DNA of 63,692 bases, filler included, from Aduncisulcus paluster (lineage: Eukaryota): the NCBI GenBank assembly GCA_024181965.1. It is 6 parts of 6 records of this genome, joined end to end, with 100 filler letters (N's around TTAATTAATTAA, not from the genome) between each part and the next. Parts side by side here need not be neighbours in the genome. Positions count along the whole stretch, not along the records: positions 14,415 to 40,884 come from BQXS01011298.1; 5 more parts are not named here. One strand, 5' to 3'. This document shows positions 22,984 to 35,898 of the stretch, piece by piece. How positions within the stretch are numbered: the stretch's first letter is position 1; every line of letters starts with the position of its first letter. The notes under the pieces are model-generated. The model was not told the DNA's origin. It did not search any database and was given only the letters and a program-made list of their open reading frames with translations. The translations under genes and the position numbers were made by a program.

Positions 22984-25900
22984 ATGTCATTTCCATTTGT
23001 TAAACTTATTGAAAATATTCCGTCTCATGTCAAAAAGTGTGGAAAAATCAAAGAGATAAGAGATTATTCCCAAGTCATTTCTTCCCAATTTGAATTCCAC
23101 GATAAGAAGTGTGAATTGGAAGTTACGAACTATAAATATTCATGTCTGTTAGTTTTAGCCTCCTATACTTCTTTTAATGCCCATCTTTTTGATGATGATG
23201 ATTCAAGTATCCAACCATATTCCCTTCTGCAAAATGAAATATCAGATATCTTTTCTCATATTTTTGATGCTATAACGGCCTTAAAAGGGAGGAAATCCAG
23301 AAATGATGAATCCATCCACCAAATTATTTCTGCTGTGGCTCTCTATCTTGTTTCTTCTTCAATTCCCCCGTCAAATGCGATTCTTTCCCGTCTCTTGGCA
23401 TTAATTATTGAAACAATTTCAACTCCAAATATAGAAATTTCACCACTCTTATATTTATTGTCAGTATTATGTTCAGTCTTGGAAAACGGATTTTCATTGC
23501 TCTGTTCTGAAATATTATGCCTTGGTAGTAAGATCACACAAGCTAATATCGGAAATAAGGCGGGAAAAGGCCTGAGATGCTATTCAGCTGAGAATATTTC
23601 TCCATTATACCCCATTTCTCTCATTTCTCCTGTATTGGAGCAGTCTTTCTTCCATGATAGCGTTATTAATGACTTGACCAGTTATTCCTCTGAAAAAGGC
23701 GATGGAAAATCATCGGATGACGTTGTTCGAGCCCCAATTGAGATTCATATGTCAATTTTTGATATTCAAAGAAATAACCAAAAGATATTGGTCTCTCATT
23801 CACAAAAACAAGCAACTCCCATCGTACCAAACGTATTTCTCCACTCTTTACTCCTATGTGCCGGTACGATTGGATTTCTATCCCATCGAAATAATTCGGT
23901 CTTCTCTTCGTATTTTGGTATTTTATCGGTTTCATTCAAACGATTCTTTGTTGAAAACATCAAAACAAACCATAGATATTTCCTTTCAATTCTTATCCAT
24001 GATTTATTTCGACTCTCTTCTCATCCTGTTTTCTCCGCCGGTGCCACCAGTGTTATTCTTGGGATTGGAAGACTTTTATTGACTTTCTCACTCGAACAAC
24101 ATAGTGTTTCCAGCATATGTGCCCTGTCAACACTCTATATTAACAATCTGAGTTTACACTCTCATGATCTAAATTTCATTGAAAGAATCAAGAAACATTC
24201 CAATTCTGTGCGCTCCAATCTAATTTCAAGGGAAAAAACGAGAAAAGAACAAGAGCGTTACCATCGAGAGATAATTGAAAAAGAAGATCGGCGCCAGGCT
24301 TTATCATCAAAATTGCTCTCACATAAGATGAAATCTGACCCTAATCATGAGAAAAACGACATTGAAATAGATCATGCCATGTTCGAATGGGAGGATAGCG
24401 ATGCCCCAAATCCATTGTTCAAATCCAAAGGAGTCGATTCTCCAATAATGGTTGGAAAGCATTCAGCACGACATTCAACTCCCTCTGTATCCACCCACAA
24501 CAGATCTTTGAATAATTATCCATGCATGTGCTCCAAAGGATCTTCCTTGGTCTCCATTGAGTGTTCTATCTGCCATTCAAGGTTTCATAGCCAATGCGTA
24601 TCCATGTGTGGCCTTGTAGATAGTCTTGATGAACATTGGGCATGTCCATTGTGCAAATCACTGTGCAACTCACACACTTTTTATCATGAATTCCATCAAC
24701 ACGAACTTGAGCGATGGATGTGGCATTCAATTGGAGATTCAGTTCCGGGATATGGTGGGCAATGTGCCAGAATACTCGGATATTTGTGGGAACATGGTCT
24801 GGACAAAGCTCGCAATGCCCATCCTATTTCTTCTGAAGAACAACCTAAAAAGACAAATACTCCTTTGTTTTTATTTCCATTAAATGTGTTCTCCAATTCT
24901 CTGACAACCCTCATAAACGCTTCGGTTTCCTCTATTTTACTCTCGACTTGCATGTCATTGGGCCATGTTCTGCACCGACTTGTCTTTTCCCTTGGCACTC
25001 TGTCTCAGAATATTCCTCAACCAAGGATTAATGCACTTATCCATTCAACTGAAGGAAAAATAGAGAAGAAAAGCGATGTAACAATNNNNNNNNNNNNNNN
25101 NNNNNCAACCTAAAAAGACAAATACTCCTTTGTTTTTATTTCCATTAAATGTGTTCTCCAATTCTCTGACAACCCTCATAAACGCTTCGGTTTCCTCTAT
25201 TTTACTCTCGACTTGCATGTCATTGGGCCATGTTCTGCACCGACTTGTCTTTTCCCTTGGCACTCTGTCTCAGAATATTCCTCAACCAAGGATTAATGCA
25301 CTTATCCATTCAACTGAAGGAAAAATAGAGAAGAAAAGCGATGTAACAATTCTTAAACGACATTTTCAGACACTGATTGGTGTTTTTTTCTCTTCTCAGA
25401 TTATTCTACTTCCGTTATTACCGCAACCTTACCCACAGTCGATTGTGAATGCTCTCACATCTCTTTCCTTCGCTACGTGGCCCCATGGAGGAGTTCGTAC
25501 AAGAAGCAGCGTAATGTCAATGATTAGTCAATTAATGCAAGGCGTTCTTACATCAAGGGAAGCTAATATGGCCGATTCAGTGAAAATTATACTTGACGAG
25601 CGGATATTAGTTGTTAAAAATGCTAAAAAAGAGAGAAAACGACAATTATTTGATCAGAAAAAATCAAATATTCTGTGTTCAAGACGCGAAAAGAGCTCTG
25701 AGATAAAAAAGACCTCCTCATATCAATCAAGCAAATTATCGCGATCTTCCAACTCCAAGTTAATTATTCCAGATGAAACCGATCATTCTCCATCTCCATC
25801 TCCGACTTCTTCTTTCTCACTTGAACAAGATATGGCAGAAATGACCGATTCCTCCTCATCCTCATTCTCAAAGAAATGTAATCATCACAAACCTCTTTCC

Positions 25901-28900
25901 TGTGAACTTCAAGGAAAAAGAGCTATGAAGGAAGAGTTCGGTGAAGAGTTCGGTGAAGATGAAGATGAAGAGGAAGAGGAAGAGGAAGAGGAAGATAGTT
26001 TTAGCACTGAAAGTGAGGGAATAATTGAAGGGAGTGATTCTATTAGTCAGCCAAAGGATGAGACGAATGCTCTGATCCGACCCACCAAAATATCGAGGCT
26101 TTCTGATACTAAGCCACTCCCTCATCACTTGCATCCATTTCTTCAGTTCATGTCTCTTCTGCCTCTTCTTTCTCTTGCCTTCTCTTCCTCCTCTTCTCTT
26201 CTACGTTCTTCAGCAGTGTCTCTTTGCTCTCCTCTCTGTGTTCTTGGTGGATATGGTCTTTCGATCGGAATAACAGTATCACACGCCGTATCAATGATGT
26301 TCAGGGTTATGTGCTCTGATAAGGATTCGAATATCAGACTGAAATCCAAGGAAAAAGTGGCTTCTTTTCTTGCATGCATGGTGCAAAACACTCAAAAGGT
26401 TGACGATTGGAGGAAAAAAGAGGAGAAAAGAAGAGATATTTGGAGAAAAAAGTGCCAACTTCGATGGGAAGAAGATGAATTGAGAATTAAAAAAGAAAAA
26501 GAAAGAAAACATAAAACATCAACAGAATCAAATGGAAAGCGAAGATTTAGTAATATTGGAAAAGGCAAAGGAAGAGAGTTGACTTCATCCGAGGTCCCAT
26601 CCTTCTCTTCTCTTCCATTTCTCTCCTCTCCTTTCTGTAATAACAATATTCCGACTCTCTTCGTTACATCATCTTATTCAAGATCGTCTTTGCTTCCGCT
26701 ACTCTCAATATTTTCTCTGCTAGCTCAAATGAGTCCAGAATTCATCACTGAGGCCCTCGTGTGTAACAATCATCAAGGAACGATAAACTCTGGTGTTTTA
26801 GATCCTAATCCATCAACAGTTTCTCAAGATATAATTATACCAGCATCCTCTTTCCATTCCTCTAATATTCCCCAAAGAATGTTCCAAGGTTCGTTATCTT
26901 CTTTCCTTTCCTCTCCTTTCTTCCCTTCTCTCTCTTCTTCTTTCCCAATAACGACCTCTCCAACAAATCCACCATCGATAATTACCTCTCCTCTCTCTTT
27001 GGTTCCTATGGCTAACGTTTTCACTAAACTTCACCCTCATTTCAGATCTGTCCTCCTCTTGTGCCTTGTCCCGGCACAATGGGTTGAGCAAACCTTCAGA
27101 GATCTTGTGCTTCCACTTGATAATTCAGCTGCTACAAAACAATTCTGGGTAGATCATAAAACATCAAAAAGAAAGGTTGAAGATGATTACGATTCAATTG
27201 ATGATGAATCTTGTTGGACTGACGAAAAGAAACCAAAGAAAGGAAGAGGAAGGGGAAGAGGAAGAGGAAGTCAATCAGATACTACATCTTCAAAAGGTTC
27301 AAAGAATCTCTTGTTTTCTCTTGTTTCTTCCGCAGGAATAGCTTCAATCTCGAATACCTGTCTTGAAATGATTGTATGGATGACTGGAGCGGTTATTTTT
27401 GGTGCCCTTGAGAAAGAAGAAAGAAAAGAATGGTCTAAATATCACCAAAAACGAAAAGAAACCCCAACCAACAGTTATATTACGAGTAGTCTGTTTGCTT
27501 GTTGTGACGAAGAAGATGTACAAGCAAAACAAATCAATCCAATCCCAACTCCTGAGCTTTCAAAGCCAACTATAAACAAAAAGAAAATTTCTTCTTCCTT
27601 CCTCTTTCCTTCATCATTCACTCCCTCTATTCTCCGAACATGTATTCTATTATTAAATCGTATTGTTTCCTTACTAAATTCATGTTTGATTGCTTTCCCA
27701 TTAATTGCCCCCACCGTTCTACCACATTTGCTATCTATTCTCGTCCAAGCTGAGAAAGAACATAGAAATACCTGTGATTTGGAGAAATTGGTCCATCTCG
27801 AGTCAGACTCACCCATTTCCACTCCTTTTGTCCCCTCAAAGCAAAGAGCATCATCAGCTCAACAACCATCACGATTCCCACCAACAGATTCCTTATCCGT
27901 CAATGGACAAGCAAAACAATCCCCATCCTCCAGTCTCGCTTCGACTCCCAGGACTGGCCTTTCCTCTCCAGACTCTTGTTGTTCCGACTATTCTGATCTT
28001 CGCTCTCTTCTTGTTCTGCATCTTTTCAACAAACGTGTTTTTTTGAGCACCCTTCTCTCTCACCTCCTCTCCCTTCTTCCACTCTTGCTTTCACACACTC
28101 AGGGCGGAGAAACTGAATTTATATACGGTGTCTATTCTGATCGTCTTCGGGAAGCGGCTCAATCGGTCAAGTCCTGTCCAACTCTCTCGAAAGATTCCAA
28201 TTCTATCATTGAATGTCCTTCTTTCGTGACCCCAATTACTGTGGATATTCTCTCCAATTTAAGCCCCTCTACAATCCACAAGAAAGACTCCATCCATTTG
28301 ATTATTCCAAAAGTAATCCTTGGTGATCTTATTGAATATCTCCCCCGTTTGCTATGTTCTCTGTTTCTCAAACCCCCTCCGTTCTCTCTTGCTTCCATTG
28401 TACAATCCTTGCGACATGTTGGATCTCAAGTCTCTTTATCTCATTCAACAACAAACATTCACAAATCAATATCATCTCTGTTTATTGCTCTTCGAAATGC
28501 AAGTAATCCAATATTGATTGTATCACCTGAACATTTATTTACACAACTTACAGGAATCAAAATAGATGGTTTTCCAGAGAAAGAAGGTGAGATCGAGGCA
28601 AAACCAATGAAGAAGAAATTGTCTGTTGGAGATATCATTGGGAAAATGCGTTATCTAATTCGATATTGTATGATTTGTGCTTCCATCGGAACCGAAAAGG
28701 AAAGCCGACAAATTTATTCAACGGTTATCACGATGGTCTCATCTATTTGTCTGAATGTTGTTAAATATAAAAGGGAAATCTTGAAAGTTTCTCAAAATGG
28801 ATCTAAAAATAACACAAACAATGCTCTTAACAATTCTCCCGTGATATCTATCATTGCTTCTTGCATTTCCTGTGTTGGATTCTTCTGGGAAATATATCCA

Positions 28901-30526
28901 CAATGGATGGGTGAAGAGAGAGAAAGAAAACTGTTGCAATGGTCATCACTGAATCATGTTCATTTTCTCACTGGAGATCTATTTTTAGATGGTAGAACAA
29001 CCGTATCCGATGACCAATGTGATTTCTTTGCTCGGAATGAAACTTCTCCATCTCTTTCTTCCCACGAATTATTGGTTTCACCTATGTTCCCAACTCCTCT
29101 ATTTCTAGCTTCTTTGTCCTACCTTATCAATGAAATGAATAGACGCGAGGAAAAAACACGTCGAGAGAGAGTTGCTGCATTCTGTGATATCCCAAAACAT
29201 ACTTTAACATCTTTCAGGACAGCCAAACTTTCCTCAACTTTTGGTGCCAGCCAGTCTCTCCACTCTCATTCAAATGAAGGGTCTGTGACATCATCTTTCT
29301 CTGTGGCCTCAACGAAAGAAACGGCTCACGATATTCACTCTGAAGTTGATCAGGAAAAATATCATTATTTTGAAGGAATGAGCAAAGTTGTGAGTGGGAT
29401 AACAACAATTTCACACATATATCCATCCATCATAAATTCATCGCTTACTCACACAAATCCGATAGCTCGTCTCTCTTCATCTCTCATTCTTTTTTATCTT
29501 GTCCGTTCCAGACTCTTATTTCCATCAACAGCTCTCCTACCAATCATAGCTTTCTCCCTCGATCCAGATTTCCGTGTGAGTGTATCCGGGTGGTGGACAA
29601 TCGATCAATTGAAGGGCTTGGATCTCAGAAGTGTTCATGGCGCCTTTGGAAATGATATCGCGTGTGCTGCGATTGTCATTGGCCTTCGTAATCATTCCGA
29701 TGATTTATCGCATACCCCGGCGCACATATCCGCATTATCTTCCCCTCTTCTTCCTTGGCCTCACCCTCTCTCTTTCCTTCTCAGTAATCTAATTGAAGGA
29801 CTTTCTCAGAGAGATCAAACAAGAAGAATCAATCGAATATGCTCAAGTCTTGTGAGAGGCATTGCAGAAGGGTGGAAAATGACTCAAAACAATCAGTTTA
29901 CTACTGGAAAAAATAAGGAAGAAACTGAAGAAGATCGCGATGAAGAAGATGGCGATGAAGAGGAGAGAGAGTCCCAAATATTTGAATCTGAGAAAGTAGA
30001 GGACATGCCAGTCCTTGATTCAACAAGAGAAGATGGGCACAGTGGCACAAATATGTATCAAATTAAACAAATCATTTCATCTCAACTTTCACAGCATTCT
30101 CAACTATCAGATATATCTCCCCCTCTTTCTCCTTTAATGAGCAAAAAAAAGGATAATTCTTTGTCAATTTCAACAAAGATCTCCCTCTCCCAACGTCTTC
30201 TTGCATATCATACCCTTGTTTTGTGCTTGATTGTCTCCAACCATCCCGATATAGCACTGAACACATGCATTCACATGCTTCGGTTGGCAAAAGAACTTCG
30301 AGAAAGGGATGGAATGGAGCCTGTTTGTGTTCTTCTTTGTGAGGGAAGACAATTGATTTCGAAAATGTTCAATTTTTCACAAGGACAACTCTCAAGCGGA
30401 AAGATATCCATTGAACGGGAATCCAAGAGAATTGACATTAATCAATACTATACTCAATTCGTCTCTGTGGATACATCAGAAACAAACATAGATTCTCTTA
30501 TATCTCGTGAAGAATCAAGGGGATGA
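22984..30526 (+). CDS. Scc2/NIPBL-like cohesin loader with internal PHD finger (one gene of about 2425 aa split by a gap overlap)
   Basis: 24841-25085 is duplicated at 25106-25350 around 20 N; PHD CMC..CSICHSRFHSQC..WACPLC; C-terminal LVRSRLLFPSTALLPIIAFSLDPD resembles Nipped-B_C; helical HEAT-like segments. Confidence 0.6.
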
Positions 30527-30822
30527 TTATTTAATTCATCATCTTAAATTAGTATACGTTTACTTGAAATAAATAACCTTTTCATGGCGTTACTGTTCAA
30601 TTTGGCCGCTCCTCGTTGATCATCAACTCTATGATAGACGCCCCGACCCCGACTCGTTGATCGAATCATATTATTGATTTCAAGGCTTTAAACATTTTTA
30701 GATTCATTGGAAATAATGCACAAACCCTGCAATGCTTATCATTATATGAATGTATTAGCAGATCACGCTCGACTCATGTCGTCATTTTTGTTCAATTTTC
30801 TACAATTTTTGAGAAAATTATC

Positions 30823-32337
30823 ATGCCTCAATCAAACACAAATAAGATACTTAAAGTTCTTGTCTTTATTGGTTCTGTTTTCTTTGTTCTTTCATCAGTT
30901 TTTGTGATTTGGAAGAATTACCCCCTTATTTCCGAGTATTATTTTCCATCCTCCCCTTCCAATTCTCCACGTTTTTTCACCTCGGATTTTTCTACTCCTA
31001 TCATTCTGAAAAATGATGATTTTATCGTATACTATGTTGGAGCCATTGATAACCAATTAGAGATTTTCGATCTTCTTATACCAACTCCCACTGGTTCTAG
31101 TTATAATTCTTATCTTATCCACAGCCTTAAAGAGGATACATTCATTTTATTTGAGACTGTTCACGAAGATCATTATCAACAGCTCCATTATCGTTTGAAG
31201 AATGTGATTCCCGTGGGAAGAATGGTCGATTATCTATTTATGAGTCACATGGAACCCGATCATTCCGGATCTTTTGCTTTGTTGATGAATTCTCCCTTTG
31301 CCTCCTTCAAACATACTCAGCTAATTGCCTCCAACGAGGGATTAGAGTATCTTTCAAGAATGCATCATTTTGATCTTGAAGATATTTCTTCTATTGCTGT
31401 TTCTGAAACAAAACAATGGCAAGAATTGAATCTTGGAGGGCTCGAGGTCAACACTAGGCTCACAAAATATGTTCATTGGCCCGATACAACAACCACCTAT
31501 CTGAAACAATTGAAGACTGTTGTCACTGGAGATTTCTTTGGCGCTCATTACTGCCCCCAAAATGCTTGGGATGATGTCAGTCTAATTATTCGAACTGACA
31601 ATGTTATAGATGATTCCGAATGGGTTGCTGCTGCTGATCTATATGCTAAGGTTATTTTTGGACATTTACCTGAGGCTGGATTACATGTTATTAATGTTCT
31701 GAATGAAATCGATGATTCCATTGAAAATGTTTTTGATACTCATGGACCCGTTACAGTTGGAAGAGATGCATCAAAATCACTTCGTGAACTATATTCTTCA
31801 ATTTTAACACCTCTTCCTCCAGCTAAGCGCCGTAATAAGGATTCATTCCTTGTTCTTTACATTTCTAGTTATTCATATACCCAAGAAATGGCCCTAGCTG
31901 TTGCCGATGGAATCAAAGAAGTCTCAAATGTCGAATTAATCGATCTCTCTATGCCTCCTAATGATCTCATGAATCGAGTCCGCACTGCTTCAGGAGTTCT
32001 CATTGGGACCCCCACATTTGTTGGAATGCCTCTCCCCCAAATTTGGAACATTCTCACCGAATTGAATCCTGTAATTGATAGGGGAACTTATCTTGGGTTC
32101 TTTGGAAGCTATGGATTTGATCCTAAACGTTGCGCTCTTCCCAAATTGGAGACTTACGTTAAAGAAATTCTCCATGTTCGCCTTCCTTTGCAAAGTGCTG
32201 GTTATCAATTTAGAGCTACATCAGAGGAATTGGAAGATTTAAAGAATTGGGGTCGGATATTTGTTGAACTAGTTAATTCCAATGCTCGTGACTTCCAAGA
32301 ATTTGATTCAATGTTTTCAAGAGCTATCCAACAATAG
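30823..32337 (+). CDS. fprA: flavodiiron protein (FprA, class A core) with N-terminal hydrophobic anchor
   Basis: GSSYNSYLI, SHMEPDHSGS, VHWPDT, TGDFFGAH, THGP; flavodoxin domain with IGTPT and FGSYG; hydrophobic stretch at about residues 9-30. Confidence 0.92.
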   Translation: MPQSNTNKILKVLVFIGSVFFVLSSVFVIWKNYPLISEYYFPSSPSNSPRFFTSDFSTPIILKNDDFIVYYVGAIDNQLEIFDLLIPTPTGSSYNSYLIHSLKEDTFILFETVHEDHYQQLHYRLKNVIPVGRMVDYLFMSHMEPDHSGSFALLMNSPFASFKHTQLIASNEGLEYLSRMHHFDLEDISSIAVSETKQWQELNLGGLEVNTRLTKYVHWPDTTTTYLKQLKTVVTGDFFGAHYCPQNAWDDVSLIIRTDNVIDDSEWVAAADLYAKVIFGHLPEAGLHVINVLNEIDDSIENVFDTHGPVTVGRDASKSLRELYSSILTPLPPAKRRNKDSFLVLYISSYSYTQEMALAVADGIKEVSNVELIDLSMPPNDLMNRVRTASGVLIGTPTFVGMPLPQIWNILTELNPVIDRGTYLGFFGSYGFDPKRCALPKLETYVKEILHVRLPLQSAGYQFRATSEELEDLKNWGRIFVELVNSNARDFQEFDSMFSRAIQQ

Positions 32338-32601
32338 ATCTGATTTTATTTGAAATATTTAATATTTGGAATTTATCTTTATTTTTGTTCTTTATTTTTT
32401 CCACGATTGAGTCACTATTGACTTTGAATGAATTGAAATGATTCTACAAATGTTTCTGCCGCACTATTCCAATAAATGTTGATAATAAATCATTAAGTTC
32501 TCATTAATCAACATTTTTGTGCTGACAAATACAATTTTATCCAGAAATAAATTCAAAAACAGAAACAAAACGAAAACTATCATAATATTAGAGTCTTGCA
32601 G

Positions 32602-34402
32602 CTATAATCCAAGTTGTGAGGTTGCTTTTTTGGCGATCAATGCTCTTCGATACATCTGTTCAGCCGATTGCATCGGTGCTTGATCGTGTATCGACGGAGA
32701 TGGGCGTGCTTGTCCTTGGTGCATTTCAGTACCTTGAGTCGGAGATGCAGCAATGTGAAGAGCTCTTTTCGAAGACCGAGCAGATTCCGAATGGACCGGT
32801 TTCTTGGGGCGGACCACCGGAGAAGGCGTGGAAGCACTTCCAGCGAGGATATTCCGTAGCAAAACTCGCAATTTCTGAGGAGAGAGGGTAGAATCATATG
32901 GAGCTTTGACTTCTTTTGATTTTTCCGCCTTTTGTTTTTCATGTTGTTTCTTTTCTTTGAGTTGTTTGTTAAAACGATCCTTTTTAAGACGATATTTTCT
33001 CTTTCTTTCTCTTTCAAGTTCCTCTTCACGCAATTTCTGAGCCTTTTCCTTTTCCCGTTCTCTCTTGGCCTTCTCTCTTTTTTGTTTTCTTTCTAATTCA
33101 CGTTGTTCTCGCTCTTTCCGTTCCTTTTCTCTTCGTTCTCGTTCAAGTTTTGGTGAAGACGTTTGAATGGGACCACCCCACCGAGCTGTCCGATTGCCAC
33201 CAGTCACAAACTCGTCATTGGAACGAATAGATTTGCTTTGAAGAAAATTAGCATGATAAGATCCACCAGAACTAACAATGGGGTTCGGTGGGGTATGAGG
33301 CATTTGATCAGATTTTTCAGATATTTCTTGATCAATTTCCTCTTCTATCAGTTCATCTTCTTCCTCCTCTAAAAGAAGTTCATTTTCTTGACGTCTCTTT
33401 TCAATGTCTTCCTCTTCTTGAACCAATTGTCGTTGAGCTGCTTGCAACATCTCGATTTCTTTCATATCTGCTAATTTTTGTTCCCTCTCTCCTTCTTCAA
33501 ATCGTTTTTGATCCAATTTCAGTCTCTCTTCTTCCGTTTTTATCCTCTCAAACATCGTTTTCTCTTCTTCTTTCTAATTCACGTTGTTCTCGCTCTTTCC
33601 GTTCCTTTTCTCTTCGTTCTCGTTCAAGTTTTGGTGAAGACGTTTGAATGGGACCACCCCACCGAGCTGTCCGATTGCCACCAGTCACAAACTCGTCATT
33701 GGAACGAATAGATTTGCTTTGAAGAAAATTAGCATGATAAGATCCACCAGAACTAACAATGGGGTTCGGTGGGGTATGAGGCATTTGATCAGATTTTTCA
33801 GATATTTCTTGATCAATTTCCTCTTCTATCAGTTCATCTTCTTCCTCCTCTAAAAGAAGTTCATTTTCTTGACGTCTCTTTTCAATGTCTTCCTCTTCTT
33901 GAACCAATTGTCGTTGAGCTGCTTGCAACATCTCGATTTCTTTCATATCTGCTAATTTTTGTTCCCTCTCTCCTTCTTCAAATCGTTTTTGATCCAATTT
34001 CAGTCTCTCTTCTTCCGTTTTTATCCTCTCAAACATCGTTTTCTCTTCTTCTTCCCATTTCTTTTTTTGAGCTTCAATTTTTTGTTTTTGAATATCTCTT
34101 CGTTTCATTTCCTCATCTTTTTGAACCATTTGAGTGTCACAAGATTCTTCCAATCGTTGTACTAACTCAAGGAGTTTATCTGGTGTAATATTTGATGTTT
34201 TCTTAAGAATCGCATTTTCTTGTTTCAAAAAACTAAGTCTTTCCATCATAGAGTCGACTTTTTCGTATAAATCTATTATTTCACGCCGTTGAGATCTAAC
34301 AATATCTCTGACAACTGATGTGGTTAATAAGAGGCGTCTGTTGTTATTAATCGCCCTTTTCAATTCAGTTTTTAATATATTTATCACAAATTTATGATTC
34401 AT
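32602..34402 (-). CDS. coiled-coil hypothetical protein (about 439 aa after removing a 481-bp duplication)
   Basis: Two ORFs share identical sequence; collapsing the duplication gives one open frame from MNHKF. Confidence 0.7.
33087..34053. repeat. exact 481-bp tandem duplication (frame-breaking)
   Basis: 33087-33572 equals 33568-34053, with TTCTT junction microhomology. Confidence 0.9.
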
Positions 34403-34596
34403 TTTGATGTGGGGCAAGAAAATGAAAAAAAAATGACAAAATTGAATCACGATAATTTCACCCCAAATTTTCAATTCAATTTCAAGCCTTTATTGGTGTT
34501 TACCCAGACTAGTTCTGAAATTCGTCATATTATCGAGACAATACAAATGAAAAATGCAAAACCCAAATTTTTGCCACGACTATACAATATTTTGCA

Positions 34597-35739
34597 ATGA
34601 GATCTTATAGATCTGATTCTCCAAGGACTCCTCTTCCTCCAAGACGAGGTTATCGTGCATCTTCACCGGCCCTTCAAAGAACTCCAAGGCGTGCAGGAAC
34701 TCCAAATAGGAAAAAGAAGACCCAAAGTCGCATAAAGCGTTTACAATCTTTGGCACAAACAGTCAAGAAGTTACAAACCGATTTTGATGAGAGAAAAGAA
34801 GAAGTTCTCAAAAGAAAAGATACTGTAAAATCTTTAGAAGATCAGCTTACTGCCCTTAGAAAAGCCTTTGGAGTCCTTAGTGACGTTGTTATAGATGAAA
34901 TAGAAGCAGTTAAATCGGAATTTGATGTAAGATTAGATAAGGAAATCGAAAGGCATCAACTTAGTGAACAAAAGTTGGAAAAAAAGATTGATGAATTGAC
35001 ATTTAAATTATTCCAAACTCAAGAATCATACTCTAAGTTAAAATTAGATATGAAAGATGAGCTTAAACGGGAGATAAAGAGTGAATTATCAGCTGAACTA
35101 AAGAGTGAAATTTTGTCCGAAATATCCACAATTAATGATGAAACTATAAAACAACAAATGGGAATTATCCAAAAAGAGCGTCAAAAAGTTGAAGAATCAT
35201 CTTCAATGTGTAAACTAATACAAGGCGAAGTGGAGCAAATGCTAGTGGGCGTCAAATCTGCCAAACAAGAAGCCTCTTCAGCAATATCTGCCATCGCTGC
35301 ATTAAAAGAACAGCAGAAAAGGGCGCTTACAGCAGCAGCAGTCGATGTTTCGAGAGCTTTAAAGGATGCTTCAGCTGCGAAAAGATTGGTGGCCAGTTCT
35401 GCGGAGGATACTCTTATTTTGTGTATTCAAGAAGTCCGCAAGAAGATAAGAGACGATATTTCTGATAGCATTTCTCCGATGTCAGAACATATGGAAGATT
35501 CAGACCGTCGAATTAGTGCAATGAAACGAGACTTTGATAGACACTTTTCTCAAATTTCCCCCGAGATAATACGGGAAAGTGTTGACGACGCTGTCAAAGA
35601 AATGGGAAAACAATTGAAAATGGAACAAATGAGAAGAGATGATGAATTTGAACGGAAGCTTGCCTCAATGGGGAATGCTATAACTTATATTACAACAGCT
35701 ATGGGAAAATCTGAGGATTTTGATGATATAATTTCATAA
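34597..35739 (+). CDS. coiled-coil protein with basic Pro/Arg-rich head
   Basis: 380-aa ORF with SP/TP-rich N-terminus followed by heptads. Confidence 0.75.
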   Translation: MRSYRSDSPRTPLPPRRGYRASSPALQRTPRRAGTPNRKKKTQSRIKRLQSLAQTVKKLQTDFDERKEEVLKRKDTVKSLEDQLTALRKAFGVLSDVVIDEIEAVKSEFDVRLDKEIERHQLSEQKLEKKIDELTFKLFQTQESYSKLKLDMKDELKREIKSELSAELKSEILSEISTINDETIKQQMGIIQKERQKVEESSSMCKLIQGEVEQMLVGVKSAKQEASSAISAIAALKEQQKRALTAAAVDVSRALKDASAAKRLVASSAEDTLILCIQEVRKKIRDDISDSISPMSEHMEDSDRRISAMKRDFDRHFSQISPEIIRESVDDAVKEMGKQLKMEQMRRDDEFERKLASMGNAITYITTAMGKSEDFDDIIS

Positions 35740-35898
35740 TATTGTTAATAGGCCTTCTTATAAGCTCCGAGTGTGCAAATGAGTTACTCAGAATAAACAT
35801 TTTTATGAATTTTTTGAGAATAATTGATTTTGATTTATGTAAATCTAATATATCGATATTATGGATTATTATTCAGAGAATATATCACATTAAAACGT

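Noticed and set aside
33087..34053. Apparent tandem paralogues or programmed frameshift
   Set aside because: Exact duplication whose removal restores one ORF; most likely a gap-filling artefact
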